Positions 44,301 to 59,420 of a stretch of 64,000 nt of DNA are shown piece after piece. The DNA is from Eledone cirrhosa (taxonomy: Eukaryota). Each line of letters begins with the position of its first letter. Position 1 is the first letter of the stretch. The notes under the pieces are model-generated. The model saw only the letters and a program-made list of their open reading frames with translations. It made no database searches and had not been told where the DNA came from. Made by a program: the position numbers and the translations under genes. The stretch lies in NCBI GenBank assembly GCA_964016885.1, contig OZ024740.1:430900001-430964000 (forward strand). Direction: 5' to 3'.

Positions 44301-46810
44301 TTAGCAAATGATATAGTGTTACTTAACTGAGGAGATGATATAGTGTTGCTTAAAATAGCAGATGATATAGTGTTACTTAACTTAGCAGATGATATAGTGT
44401 TATTTAAACTTAGCAGATGATATAGTGTTACTTAACTGAGCAGATGATATAATGTTACTTAACTTAGCAGATGATATAGTGTTACTTAACTTAGCAGATG
44501 ATATAATGTTACTTAACTTAGCAGATGATATAGTGTTACTTAACTCAGCAGATGATATAGTGTTACTTAACTTAGCAGATGATATAGTGTTACTTAACTG
44601 AGCAGATGATATAATGTTACTTAACTTAGCAGATGATATAGTGTTACTTAACTTAGCAGATGATATAGTGTTACTTAACTGAGCAGATGTTATAGTGTTA
44701 TTTAACTTAGCAGATGATATAATGTTACTTAACTGACGAGATGATATAGTGTTACTTAACTTAGCAGATGATATAGTGTTACTTAACTGAGCAGATGATA
44801 TAATGTTACTTAACTGAGCAGATGATATAGTGTTACTTAACTTAGCATATGATATAGTGTTACTTAACTTAGCAGATGATATAGTGTTACTTAACTGAGC
44901 AGATGATATAATGTTACTTAACTTAGCAGAAGATATAGTGTTACTTAACTTAGCAGATGATATAGTGTTACTTAACTGAGGAGATGATATAGTGTTACTT
45001 AACTTAGCAGATGATATAGTGTTACTTAACTGAGGAGATGATATAGTGTTACTTAACTTAGCAGATGATATAGTGTTACTTAAACTTAGCAGATGATATA
45101 GTCTTACTTAACCAGCAGATAATATAGTGTTACTTAACTGAGGAGATGATATAATGTTACTTAACTTAGCAGATGATATAGTGTTTCTTAACTTAGCAGA
45201 TGATATAGTGTTACTTAACTTAGCAGAAGATATAATGTTACTTAACTTAGCAGATGATATAGTGTTACTTAACTGAGGAGATGATATAGTGTTACTTAAC
45301 TTAGCAGATGATATAGTGTTACTTAAACTTAGCAGATGATATAGTCTTACTTAACCAGCAGATAATATAGTGTTACTTAACTGAGGAGATGATATAGTGT
45401 TACTTAACTGAGCAGATGATATAGTGTTACTTAACTGAGCAGATGATGTAGTGTTACTTAACTTAGCAGATGATATAATGTTACTTAACTTAGCAGATGA
45501 TATAGTGTTTCTTAACTTAGCAGATGATATAGTGTTACTTAACTGAGCAGATGATATAATGTTACTTAACTTAGCAGATGATATAGTGTTACTTAACTTA
45601 GCAGATGATATAGTGTTACTTAACTTAGCAGATGATATATTGTTACTTAACTTAGCAGATGATATAGTGTTACTTAACTGAGCAGATGATATAATGTTAC
45701 TTAACTGAGCAGATGATATAGTGTTACTTAACTTAGCATATGATATAGTGTTACTTAACTTAGCAGATGATATAGTGTTACTTAACTGAGCAGATGATAT
45801 AATGTTACTTAACTTAGCAGAAGATATAGTGTTACTTAACTTAGCAGATGATATATTGTTACTTAACTTAGCAGATACTATAGTGTTACTTAACTTAGCA
45901 GATGATCTAATGTTACTTAACTTAGCAGATGATATAGTGTTACTTAACTTAGCAGATGATATAGTGTTACTTAACTTAGCAGATGATATAGTGTTACTTA
46001 ACTGAGCAGATGATATAATGTACTTAACTTAGCAGAAGATATAGTGTTACTTAACTTAGCAGAGGATATAGTGTTACTTAACTTAGCAGAAGATATAATG
46101 TTACTTAACTTAGCAGATGATATAGTGTTACTTAACTTAGCAGATGATATACTGTTACTTAACTGAGCAGATGATAAAGTGTTACTTAACTGAGCAGATG
46201 ATATAATGTTACGTAACTGAGCAGATGATATAGTGTTACTTAACTGAGCAGATGATATAATGTTACTTAACTGAGCAGATGATATAGTGTTACTTAGCTT
46301 AGCAGATGATATACTATTACTTAACTTAGCAGATGATATAATGTTACTTAACTTAGCAGATGATATAGTGTTACTTAACTTAGCAGATGATATAGTGTTA
46401 CTTAACTTAGCAGATGATATAGTGTTACTTAACTCAGCAGAAGATATGGTGTTACTTAACTGAGCAGATGATATAATGTTACTGAACTTAGCAGATGATA
46501 TAGTGTTACTTAACTTAGCAGATGATATAGTGTTACTTAACTGAGCAGATGTTATAGTGTTACTTAACTTAGCAGATGATATAGTGTTACTTAACTTAGC
46601 AGATGATATAGTGTTACTTAACTTAGTAGATGATATAGTGTTACTTAACTGAGCAGATGTTATGGTGTTACTTCACTTAGCAAATGATATAGTGTTACTT
46701 AACTGAGGAGATGATATAGTGTTGCTTAAAATAGCAGATGATATAGTGTTACTTAACTTAGCAGATGATATAGTGTTATTTAAACTTAGCAGATGATATA
46801 GTGTTACTTA
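38240..46810 (+). repeat. ~4.4-4.5 kb higher-order duplication (~38.3-42.6 kb versus ~42.7-46.8 kb)
   Basis: The C of ATAATGCTAC lies at 38301/42728 (4427). Identical ORFs carrying the private variants GATACT and GATCTAATG lie at 41294/45802 (4508). Both copies share CTAAGAAG, GTTGCTTAAAA and ATACTATT. Confidence 0.88.
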
Positions 46811-49800
46811 ACTTAGCAGATGATATAGTGTTACTTAACTGAGCAGATGATATAATGTTACTTAACTTAGCAGATGATATAGTGTTACTTAACTTAGCAG
46901 ATGATATAGTGTTACTTAACTGAGCAGATGTTATAGTGTTATTTAACTTAGCAGATGATATAATGTTACTTAACTGACGAGATGATATAGTGTTACTTAA
47001 CTTAGCATATGATATAGTGTTACTTAACTTAGCAGATGATATAGTGTTACTTAACTGAGCAGATGATATAATGTTACTTAACTTAGCAGAAGATATAGTG
47101 TTACTTAACTTAGCAGATGATATAGTGTTACTTAACTGAGGAGATGATATAGTGTTACTTAACTTAGCAGATGATATAGTGTTACTTAAACTTAGCAGAT
47201 GATATAGTCTTACTTAACCAGCAGATAATATAGTGTTACTTAACTGAGGAGATGATATAGTGTTACTTAACTAAGCAGATGATATAGTGTTACTTAACTG
47301 AGCAGATGATGTAGTGTTACTTAACTTAGCAGATGATATAATGTTACTTAACTTAGCAGATGATATAGTGTTTCTTAACTTAGCAGATGATATAGTGTTA
47401 CTTAACTTAGCAGAAGATATAATGTTACTTAACTTAGCAGATGATATAGTGTTACTTAACTGAGGAGATGATATAGTGTTACTTAACTTAGCAGATGATA
47501 TAGTGTTACTTAAACTTAGCAGATGATATAGTCTTACTTAACCAGCAGATAATATAGTGTTACTTAACTGAGGAGATGATATAGTGTTACTTAACTGAGC
47601 AGATGATATAGTGTTACTTAACTGAGCAGATGATGTAGTGTTACTTAACTTAGCAGATGATATAATGTTACTTAACTTAGCAGATGATATAATGTTTCTT
47701 AACTTAGCAGATGATATAGTGTTACTTAATTTAGTAGATGATATAGTGTTACTTAACCAGCAGATGATATAGTGTTACTTAACTTAGCAGATAATATAGT
47801 GTTACTTAACTGAGCAGATGATATAGTGTTACTTAACTTAGCAGATGATATAGTGTTACTTAAACTTAGCAGATGATATAGTCTTACTTAACCAGCAGAT
47901 AATATAGTGTTACTTAACTGAGGAGATGATATAGTGTTACTTAACTGAGCAGATGATATAGTGTTACTTAACTGAGCAGATGATGTAGTGTTACTTAACT
48001 TAGCATATGATATAGTGTTACTTAACTTAGCAGATAATATAGACTTACTTAACCAGCAGATAATATAGTGTTACTTAACTGAGGAGATGATATAGCGTTA
48101 CTTAACTGAGCAGATGATATAGTGTTACTTAACTGAGCAGATGATATAATGTTACTTAACTTAGCAGATGATATAATGTTACTGAACTGAGCAGATGATA
48201 TAATGTTACTTAACTTAGCAGATGATATAGTGTTACTTAATTTAGTAGATGATATAGTGTTACTTAACCAGCAGATGATATAGTGTTACTTAACTTAGCA
48301 GATAATATAGTGTTACTTAACTGAGCAGATGATATAGTGTTACTTAACTTAGCAGATGATATAGTGTTACTTAACTCAGCAGATGGTAGAGTGTTACTTA
48401 ACTTAGCATATGATATAGTGTTACTTAACTTAGCAGATGATATAGTGTTACTTAACTGAGGAGATGATATAGTGTTACTTAACTGAGCAGATGATATAGT
48501 GTTACTTAACTTAGCAGAAGATATAATGTTACTTAACTTAGCAGATGATATAGTGTTACTTAACTTAGCAGATGATATAGTGTTACTTAACTTAGCAGAT
48601 GATATAATGTTACTTAACTTAGCAGATGATATAGAGTTACTTAACTTAGCAGATGATATAGTGTTACTTAACTCAGCAGGTGGTAGAGAGTTATTTATCT
48701 TAGCAGATGATATAGTGTTACTTAACTTAGCAGATGATATAATGTTACTTAACTCAGCAGATGATATAGTGTTACGTAACTGAGCAGATGATATAGTGTT
48801 ACTTAACTTAGCAGATGATATAGTGTTATTTAACTCAGCAGATGATATAGTGTTACTTAACTTAGCAGATGATATAGGCTTACTTAACCAGCAGATAATA
48901 TAGTGTTACTTAACTGAGCAGATGATATAGTGTTACTTAACTGAGCAGATGATATAGTGTTACTTAACTGAGCAGATGATATAGTGTTACTTAACTTAGC
49001 AGATGATATAGTGTTACTTAACTTAGCAGATGATATAGTGTTACTTAACTTAGCAGAAGATATAATGTTACTTAACTTAGCAGATGATATAGTGTACTTA
49101 ACTTAGCAGATGATATATGTTACATAACTCAGCAGATGATATATTGTTACTTAACTTAGCAAAAGATATAGTGTTACTTAACTTAGCAGATGATATAGTG
49201 TTACTTAACTGAGCAGATGGTATAGTGTTACTTAACTTAGAATATGATATAGTGTTACTTAACTGAGGAGATGATATAGTGTTACTTAACTTAGCAGATG
49301 ATATAGTGTTACTAAAACTTAGCAGATGATATATGTTACTTAACTCAGCAGATGATATATTGTTACTTAACTTAGCAGATGATATAGTGTTACTTAACTT
49401 AGCAGATGGTATAGTGTTACTTAACTTAGCAGATAATATAGACTTACTTAACCAGCAGATAATATAGTGTTACTTAACTGAGGAGATGATATAGCGTTAC
49501 TTAACTGAGCAGATGATATAGTGTTACTTAACTGAGCAGATGATATAATGTTACTTAACTTAGCAGATGATATAATGTTACTTAACTGAGCAGATGATAT
49601 AATGTTACTTAACTTAGCAGATGATATAGTGTTACTTAATTTAGTAGATGATATAGTGTTACTTAACCAGCAGATGATATAGTGTTACTTAACTTACCAG
49701 ATAATATAGTGTTACTTAACTGAGCAGATGATATAGTGTTACTTAACTTAGCAGTTGATATAGTGTTACTTAACTTAGCAGATGATATAGTGTTACTTAA

Positions 49801-50039
49801 CTCAGCAGATGGTAGAGTGTTACTTAACTTAGCATATGATATAGTGTTACTTAACTTAGCAGATGATATAGAGTTACTTAACTGAGCAGATGATATAGTG
49901 TTACTTAACTTAGCAGAAGATATAGTGTTACTTAACTTAGCAGATGATATAGTGTTACTTAACTTAGCAGATAATATAGTGTTACTTAACTTAGCAGATG
50001 ATATAATGTTACTCAACTTAGCAGATGATATAGTGTTAC

Positions 50040-53000
50040 TTAACTTAGCAGATGATATAGTGTTACTTAACTTAGCAGATGATATAGTGTTACTTAATCA
50101 GCAGATGATATAGTGTTACTTAACTTAGCAGATGATATAATGTTACTTAACTTAGCAGATGATATAGTGTTACTTAACTCAGCAGATGATATAGTGTTAC
50201 TTAACTTAGCAGATGATATAGTGTTACTTAACTTAGAAGATCATATAGTGTTACTTAACTTAGCAGAAGATATAATATTATTTAACTTAGTAGATGATAT
50301 AGTGTTACTTAACTTAGCAGAAGATATAATGTTACTTAACTTAGCAGATGATATAGTGTTACTTAACTTAGCAGATGATATAGTGTTACTTAACTCAGCA
50401 GATGGTAGAGTGTTACTTAACTTAGCATATGATATAGTGTTACTTAACTTAGTAGATGATATAGTGTTACTTAACTGAGCAGATTATATAATGTTACTTA
50501 ACTTAGCAGAAGATATAGTGTTACTTAACTTAGCAGATGATATAGTGTTACTTAACTTAGCAGATAATATAGTGTTACTTAACTTAGCAGATGATATAAT
50601 GTTACTCAACTTAGCAGATGATATAGTGTTACTTAACTTAGCAGATGATATAGTGTTACTTAACTTAGCAGATGATATAGTGTTACTTAACTGAGCAGAT
50701 GATATAATGTTACTTAACTTAGCAGAAGATGTAGTGTTACTTAACTTAGCAGATGAAATAGTGTTACTTAACTTAGCAGATGATATAGTGTTACTTAACT
50801 GAGCAGATGATATAATGTTACCTAACTTAGCAGAGGATATAGTGTTACTTAACTTAGCAGAAGATATAATGTTACTTAACTTAGCAGATGATATAGTGTT
50901 ACTTAACTGAGCAGATGATATACTGTTACTTAACTGAGCAGATGATATAATGTTAATTAACTGAGCAGATGATATAGTGTTACTTAACTGAGCAGATGAT
51001 ATAATGTTACTTAACTGAGCAGATGATATAGTGTTACTTAGCTTAGCAGATGATATACTGTTACTTAACTTAGCAGATGATATAATGTTACTTAACTTAG
51101 CAGATGAAATAGTGTTACTTAACTTAGCAGATGATATAGTGTTACTTAACTTAGCAGATGATATAGTGTTACTTAACTCAGCAGATGGTAGAGAGTTACT
51201 TAACTTAGCAGATGATATAGTGTTACTTAACTTAGCAGAAGATATAATGTTACTTAACTTAGCAGATGATATAGTGTTACTTAACTGAGCAGATGATATA
51301 ATGTTACTGAACTTAGCAGATGATATAGTGTTACTTAACTTAGCAGATGATATAGTGTTACTTAACTGAGCAGATGTTATAGTGTTACTTAACTTAGCAG
51401 ATGATATAGTGTTACTTAACTGAGGAGATGATATAGTGTTACTTAACTGAGCAGATGATATAGTGTTACTTAACTTAGCAGAAGATATAATGTTACTTAA
51501 CTTAGCAGATGATATAGTGTTACTTAACTTAGCAGATGATATAGTGTTACTTAACTTAGCAGATGATATAGTGTTACTTAACTCAGCAGATGGTAGAGAG
51601 TTACTTAACTTAGCAGATGATATAGTGTTACTTAACTTAGCAGATGATATAATGTTACTTAACTCAGCAGATGATATAGTGTTACGTAACTGAGCAGATG
51701 ATATAGTGTTACTTAACTTAGCAGATGATATAGTGTTACTTAACTCAGCAGATGATATAGTGTTACTTAACTTAGCAGATGATATAGTGTTACTTAACTT
51801 AGCAGATGATATAGTCTTACTTAACCAGCAGATAATATAGTGTTACTTAACTGAGCAGATGATATAGTGTTACTTAACTGAGCAGATGATATAGTGTTAC
51901 TTAACTGAGCAGATGATATAGTGTTACTTAACTTAGCAGATGATATAGTGTTACTTAACTTAGCAGATGATATAGTGTTACTTAACTTAGCAGAAGATAT
52001 AATGTTACTTAACTTAGCAGATGATATAGTGTACTTAACTTAGCAGATGATATATGTTACTTAACTCAGCAGATGATATATTGTTACTTAACTTAGCAGA
52101 AGATATAGTGTTACTTAACTTAGCAGATGATATAGTGTTACTTAACTGAGCAGATGTTATAGTGTTACTTAACTTAGCAGATGATATAGTGTTACTTAAC
52201 TGAGGAGATGATATAGTGTTACTTAACTTAGCAGATGATATAGTGTTACTAAAACTTAGCAGATGATATATGTTACTTAACTCAGCAGATGATATATTGT
52301 TACTTAACTTAGCAGATGATATAGTGTTACTTAACTTAGCAGATGGTATAGTGTTACTTAACTTAGCAGATGATATAGTCTTACTTAACCAGCAGATAAT
52401 ATAGTGTTACTTAACTGAGGAGATGATATAGCGTTACTTAACTTAGCAGATGATATATGTTACTTAACTCAGCAGATGATATATTGTTACTTAACTGAGC
52501 AGATGATATAATGTTACTTAACTTAGCAGATGATATAGTGTTACTTAACTTAGCAGATGATATAGTATTACTTAACTCAGCAGATGGTATAGTGTTACTT
52601 AACTTAGCAGATGATATAATGTTACTTAACTTAGCAGATGATATAATGTTACTTAACTGAGCAGATGATATAATGTTACTTAACTTAGCAGATGATATAG
52701 TGTTACTTAATTTAGTAGATGATATAGTGTTACTTAACCAGCAGATGATATAGTGTTACTTAACTTAGCAGATAATATAGTGTTACTTAACTGAGCAGGT
52801 AATATAGTGTTACTTAACTTAGCAGAAGATATAATGTTACTTAACTTAGCAGATGATATAGTGTTACTTAACTTAGCAGATGATATAGTGTTACTTAACC
52901 AGCAGATGATATAGTGTTACTTAACTTAGCAGATGATATAATGTTACTTAACTGAGCAGATGATCTAGTGTTACTTAACTCAGCAGATGATATAGTGTTA

Positions 53001-56000
53001 CTTAACTTAGCAGATGATATAGTGTTACTTAACTTAGAAGATGATATAGTGTTACTTAACTTAGCAGATTATATAGTGTTACTTAACTTAGCAGATGATA
53101 TGGTGTTACTTAACTTAGCAGATGATATAGTGTTACTTAACTTAGCAGATGATATAGTGTTACTTAATCAGCAGATGATATAGTGTTACTTAACTTAGCA
53201 GATGATATAATGTTACTTAACTTAGCAGATGATATAGTGTTACTTAACTCAGCAGATGATATAGTGTTACTTAACTTAGCAGATGATATAGTGTTACTTA
53301 ACTTAGAAGATCATATAGTGTTACTTAACTTAGCAGAAGATATAATATTATTTAACTTAGTAGATGATATAGTGTTACTTAACTTAGCAGAAGATATAAT
53401 GTTACTTAACTTAGCAGATGATATAGAGTTACTTAACTTAGCAGATGATATAGTGTTACTTAACTTAGCAGATGATATAGTGTTACTTAACTCAGCAGAT
53501 AGTAGAGTGTTACTTAACTTAGCAGATGATATAGTGTTACTTAACTTAGCAGATGATATAATGTTACTTAACTCAGCAGATGATGTAGTGTTACTTAACT
53601 GAGCAGATGATATAGTGTTACTTTACTTAGCAGATGATATAGTGTTACTTAACTCAGCAGATGATATAGTGTTACTTAACTTAGCAGATGATATAGTGTT
53701 ACTTAACTTAGCAGATGATATAGTCTTACTTAACCAGCAGATAATATAGTGTTATTTAACTGAGCAGATGATATAGTGTTACTTAACTGAGCAGATGATA
53801 TAGTGTTACTTAACTGAGCAGATGATATAGTGTTACTTAACTTAGCAGATGATATAGTGTTTCTTAACTTAGCAGATGTTATAGTGTTACTTAACTTAGC
53901 AGAAGATATAATGTTACTTAACTTAGCAGATGATATAGTGTACTTAACTTAGCAGATGATATTGTGTTACTTAACTGAGCAGATGATATAATGTTACTTA
54001 ACTGAGCAGATGATATAGTGTTACTTAACTTAGCAGATGATATAGTGTTACTTAACTGAGGAGATGATATAGTGTTACTTAACTTAGCAGATGATATAGT
54101 GTTACTAAAACTTAGCAGATGATATATGTTACTTAACTCAGCAGATGATATATTGTTACTTAACTTAGTAGATGGTATAGTGTTACTTAACTTAGCAGAT
54201 GATATAGTCTTACTTAACCAGCAGATAATATAGTGTTACTTAACTGAGGAGATGATATAGCGTTACTTAACTGAGCAGATGATATAGTGTTACTTAACTG
54301 AGCAGATGATATAATGTTACTTAACTTAGCAGATGATATAGTGTTACTTAACTTAGCAGATGATATAGTGTTACTTAACTCAGCAGATGGTATAATGTTA
54401 CTTAACTTAGCAGATGATATAATGTTACTTAACTTAGCAGATGATATAATGTTACTTAACTGAGCAGATGATATAACGTTACTTAACTTAGCAGATGATA
54501 TAGTGTTACTTAATTTAGTAGATGATATAGTGTTACTTAACCAGCAGATGATATAGTGTTACTTAACTTAGCAGATAATATAGTGTTACTTAACTGAGCA
54601 GGTAATATAGTGTTACTTAACTTAGCAGAAGATATAATGTTACTTAACTTAGCAGATGATATAGTGTTACTTAACTTAGCAGATGATATAGTGTTACTTA
54701 ACCAGCAGATGATATAGTGTTACTTAACTTAGCAGATGATATAGTGTTACTTAACTTAGAAGATGATATAGTGTTACTTAACTTAGCAGATGATATAGTG
54801 TTACTTAACTTAGCAGATGATATGGTGTTACTTAACTTAGCAGATGATATAGTGTTACTTAACTTAGCAGATGATATAGTGTTACTTAATCAGCAGATGA
54901 TATAGTGTTACTTAACTTAGCAGATGATATAATGTTACTTAACTTAGCAGATGATATAGTGTTACTTAACTCATTAGATGATATAGTGTTACTTAACTTA
55001 GAAGATCATATAGTGTTACTTAACTTAGCAGAAGATATAATATTATTTAACTTAGTAGATGATATAGTGTTACTTAACTTAGCAGAAGATATAATGTTAC
55101 TTAACTTAGCAGATGATATAGTGTTACTTAACTTAGCAGATGATATAGTGTTACTTAACTCAGCAGATGGTAGAGTGTTACTTAACTTAGCATATGATAT
55201 AGTGTTACTTAACTTAGTAGATGATATAGTGTTACTTAACTGAGCAGATTATATAATGTTACTTAACTTAGCAGAAGATATAGTGTTACTTAACTTAGCA
55301 GATGATATAGTGTTACTTAACTTAGCAGATAATATAGTGTTACTTAACTTAGCAGATGATATAATGTTACTCAACTTAGCAGATGATATAGTGTTACTTA
55401 ACTTAGCAGATGATATAGTGTTACTTAACTTAGCAGATGATATAGTGTTACTTAACTGAGCAGATGATATAATGTTACTTAACTTAGCAGAAGATGTAGT
55501 GTTACTTAACTTAGCAGATGAAATAGTGTTACTTAACTTAGCAGATGATATAGTGTTACTTAACTGAGCAGATGATATAATGTTACCTAACTTAGCAGAG
55601 GATATAGTGTTACTTAACTTAGCAGAAGATATAATGTTACTTAACTTAGCAGATGATATAGTGTTACTTAACTTAGCAGATGATATACTGTTACTTAACT
55701 GAGCAGATGATATACTGTTACTTAACTGAGCAGATGATATAATGTTAATTAACTGAGCAGATGATATAGTGTTACTTAACTGAGCAGATGATATAATGTT
55801 ACTTAACTGAGCAGATGATATAGTGTTACTTAGCTTAGCAGATGATATACTGTTACTTAACTTAGCAGATGATATAATGTTACTTAACTTAGCAGATGAT
55901 ATAGTGTTACTTAACTTAGCAGATGATATAGTGTTACTTAACTTAGAAGATGATATAGTGTTACTTAACTCAGCAGAAGATATGGTGTTACTTAACTTAG

Positions 56001-59000
56001 CAGATGATATAGTGTTACTTAACTGAGCAGATGATATAATGTTACTGAACTTAGCAGATGATATAGTGTTACTTAACTTAGCAGATGATATAGTGTTACT
56101 TAACTGAGCAGATGTTATAGTGTTACTTAACTTAGCAGATGATATAGTGTTACTTAACTGAGGAGATGATATAGTGTTACTTAACTGAGCAGATGATATA
56201 GTGTTACTTAACTTAGCAGAAGATATAATGTTACTTAACTTAGCAGATGATATAGTGTTACTTAACTTAGCAGATGATATAGTGTTACTTAACTTAGCAG
56301 ATGATATAGTGTTACTTAACTCAGCAGATGGTAGAGAGTTACTTAACTTAGCAGATGATATAGTGTTACTTAACTTAGCAGATGATATAATGTTACTTAA
56401 CTCAGCAGATGATATAGTGTTACGTAACTGAGCAGATGATATAGTGTTACTGAACTTAGCAGATGATATAGTGTTACTTAACTCAGCAGATGATATAGTG
56501 TTACTTAACTTAGCAGATGATATAGAGTTACTTAACTTAGCAGATGATATAGTCTTACTTAACCAGCAGATAATATAGTGTTACTTAACTGAGCAGATGA
56601 TATAGTGTTACTTAACTGAGCAGATGATATAGTGTTACTTAACTGAGCAGATGATATAGTGTTACTTAACTTAGCAGATGATATAGTGTTACTTAACTTA
56701 GCAGATGATATAGTGTTACTTAACTTAGCAGAAGATATAATGTTACTTAACTTAGCAGATGATATAGTGTACTTAACTTAGCAGATGATATATGTTACTT
56801 AACTCAGCAGATGATATATTGTTACTTAACTTAGCAGAAGATATAGTGTTACTTAACTTAGCAGATGATATAGTGTTACTTAACTGAGCAGATGTTATAG
56901 TGTTACTTAACTTAGCAGATGATATAGTGTTACTTAACTGAGGAGATGATATAGTGTTACTTAACTTAGCAGATGATATAGTGTTACTAAAACTTAGCAG
57001 ATGATATATGTTACTTAACTCAGCAGATGATATATTGTTACTTAACTTAGCAGATGATATAGTGTTACTTAACTTAGCCGATGGTATAGTGTTACTTAAC
57101 TTAGCAGATGATATAGTCTTACTTAACCAGCAGATAATATAGTGTTACTTAACTGAGGAGATGATATAGCGTTACTTAACTTAGCAGATGATATATGTTA
57201 CTTAACTCAGCAGATGATATATTGTTACTTAACTGAGCAGATGATATAATGTTACTTAACTTAGCAGATGATATAGTGTTACTTAACTTAGCAGATGATA
57301 TAGTATTACTTAACTCAGCAGATGGTATAGTGTTACTTAACTTAGCAGATGATATAATGTTACTTAACTTAGCAGATGATATAATGTTACTTAACTGAGC
57401 AGATGATATAATGTTACTTAACTTAGCAGATGATATAGTGTTACTTAATTTAGTAGATGATATAGTGTTACTTAACCAGCAGATGATATAGTGTTACTTA
57501 ACTTAGCAGATAATATAGTGTTACTTAACTGAGCAGGTAATATAGTGTTACTTAACTTAGCAGAAGATATAATGTTACTTAACTTAGCAGATGATATAGT
57601 GTTACTTAACCAGCAGATGATATAGTGTTACTTAACTTAGCAGATGATATAATGTTACTTAACTGAGCAGATGATCTAGTGTTACTTAACTCAGCAGATG
57701 ATATAGTGTTACTTAACTTAGCAGATGATATAGTGTTACTTAACTTAGAAGATGATATAGTGTTACTTAACTTAGCAGATTATATAGTGTTACTTAACTT
57801 AGCAGATGATATGGTGTTACTTAACTTAGCAGATGATATAGTGTTACTTAACTTAGCAGATGATATAGTGTTACTTAATCAGCAGATGATATAGTGTTAC
57901 TTAACTTAGCAGATGATATAATGTTACTTAACTTAGCAGATGATATAGTGTTACTTAACTCAGCAGATGATATAGTGTTACTTAACTTAGCAGATGATAT
58001 AGTGTTACTTAACTTAGAAGATCATATAGTGTTACTTAACTTAGCAGAAGATATAATATTATTTAACTTAGTAGATGATATAGTGTTACTTAACTTAGCA
58101 GAAGATATAATGTTACTTAACTTAGCAGATGATATGGTGTTACTTAACTTAGCAGATGATATAGTGTTACTTAACTTAGCAGATGATATAGTGTTACTTA
58201 ACTCAGCAGATAGTAGAGTGTTACTTAACTTAGCAGATGATATAGTGTTACTTAACTTAGCAGATGATATAATGTTACTTAACTCAGCAGATGATATAGT
58301 GTTACTTAACTGAGCAGATGATATAGTGTTACTTAACTTAGCAGATGATATAGTGTTACTTAACTCAGCAGATGATATAGTGTTACTTAACTTAGCAGAT
58401 GATATAGTGTTACTTAACTTAGCAGATGATATAGTCTTATTTAACCAGCAGATAATATAGTGTTATTTAACTGAGCAGATGATATAGTGTTACTTAACTG
58501 AGCAGATGATATAGTGTTACTTAACTGAGCAGATGATATAGTGTTACTTAACTTAGCAGATGATATAGTGTTACTTAACTTAGCAGATGTTATAGTGTTA
58601 CTTAACTTAGCAGAAGATATAATGTTACTTAACTTAGCAGATGATATAGTGTACTTAACTTAGCAGATGATATTGTGTTACTTAACTGAGCAGATGATAT
58701 AATGTTACTTAACTGAGCAGATGATATAGTGTTACTTAACTTAGCAGATGATATAGTGTTACTTAACTGAGGAGATGATATAGTGTTACTTAACTTAGCA
58801 GATGATATAGTGTTACTAAAACTTAGCAGATGATATATGTTACTTAACTCAGCAGATGATATATTGTTACTTAACTTAGTAGATGGTATAGTGTTACTTA
58901 ACTTAGCAGATGATATAGTCTTACTTAACCAGCAGATAATATAGTGTTACTTAACTGAGGAGATGATATAGCGTTACTTAACTGAGCAGATGATATAGTG

Positions 59001-59420
59001 TTACTTAACTGAGCAGATGATATAATGTTACTTAACTTAGCAGATGATATAGTGTTACTTAACTTAGCAGATGATATAGTGTTACTTAACTCAGCAGATG
59101 GTATAATGTTACTTAACTTAGCAGATGATATAATGTTACTTAACTTAGCAGATGATATAATGTTACTTAACTGAGCAGATGATATAACGTTACTTAACTT
59201 AGCAGATGATATAGTGTTACTTAATTTAGTAGATGATATAGTGTTACTTAACCAGCAGATGATATAGTGTTACTTAACTTAGCAGATAATATAGTGTTAC
59301 TTAACTGAGCAGGTAATATAGTGTTACTTAACTTAGCAGAAGATATAATGTTACTTAACTTAGCAGATGATATAGTGTTACTTAACTTAGCAGATGATAT
59401 AGTGTTACTTAACCAGCAGA
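50040..59420 (+). repeat. ~4.7-4.8 kb higher-order duplication in the right-hand variant domain
   Basis: Matching ORF pairs: 50113/54905 (4792), 50491/55256 (4765), 51463/56201 (4738), 52968/57679 and 53183/57894 (4711). Both copies share the private variants GATGAAAT, GTTACCTAAC and AGTATTAC. Confidence 0.88.

Noticed and set aside
3579-50016. Minus-strand ORFs encoding (SNTISSAKL)n as mucin-like or surface proteins
   Set aside because: They are the antisense reading of the same monomer. Their boundaries coincide with indel monomers, and there is no signal peptide, anchor or unique domain.
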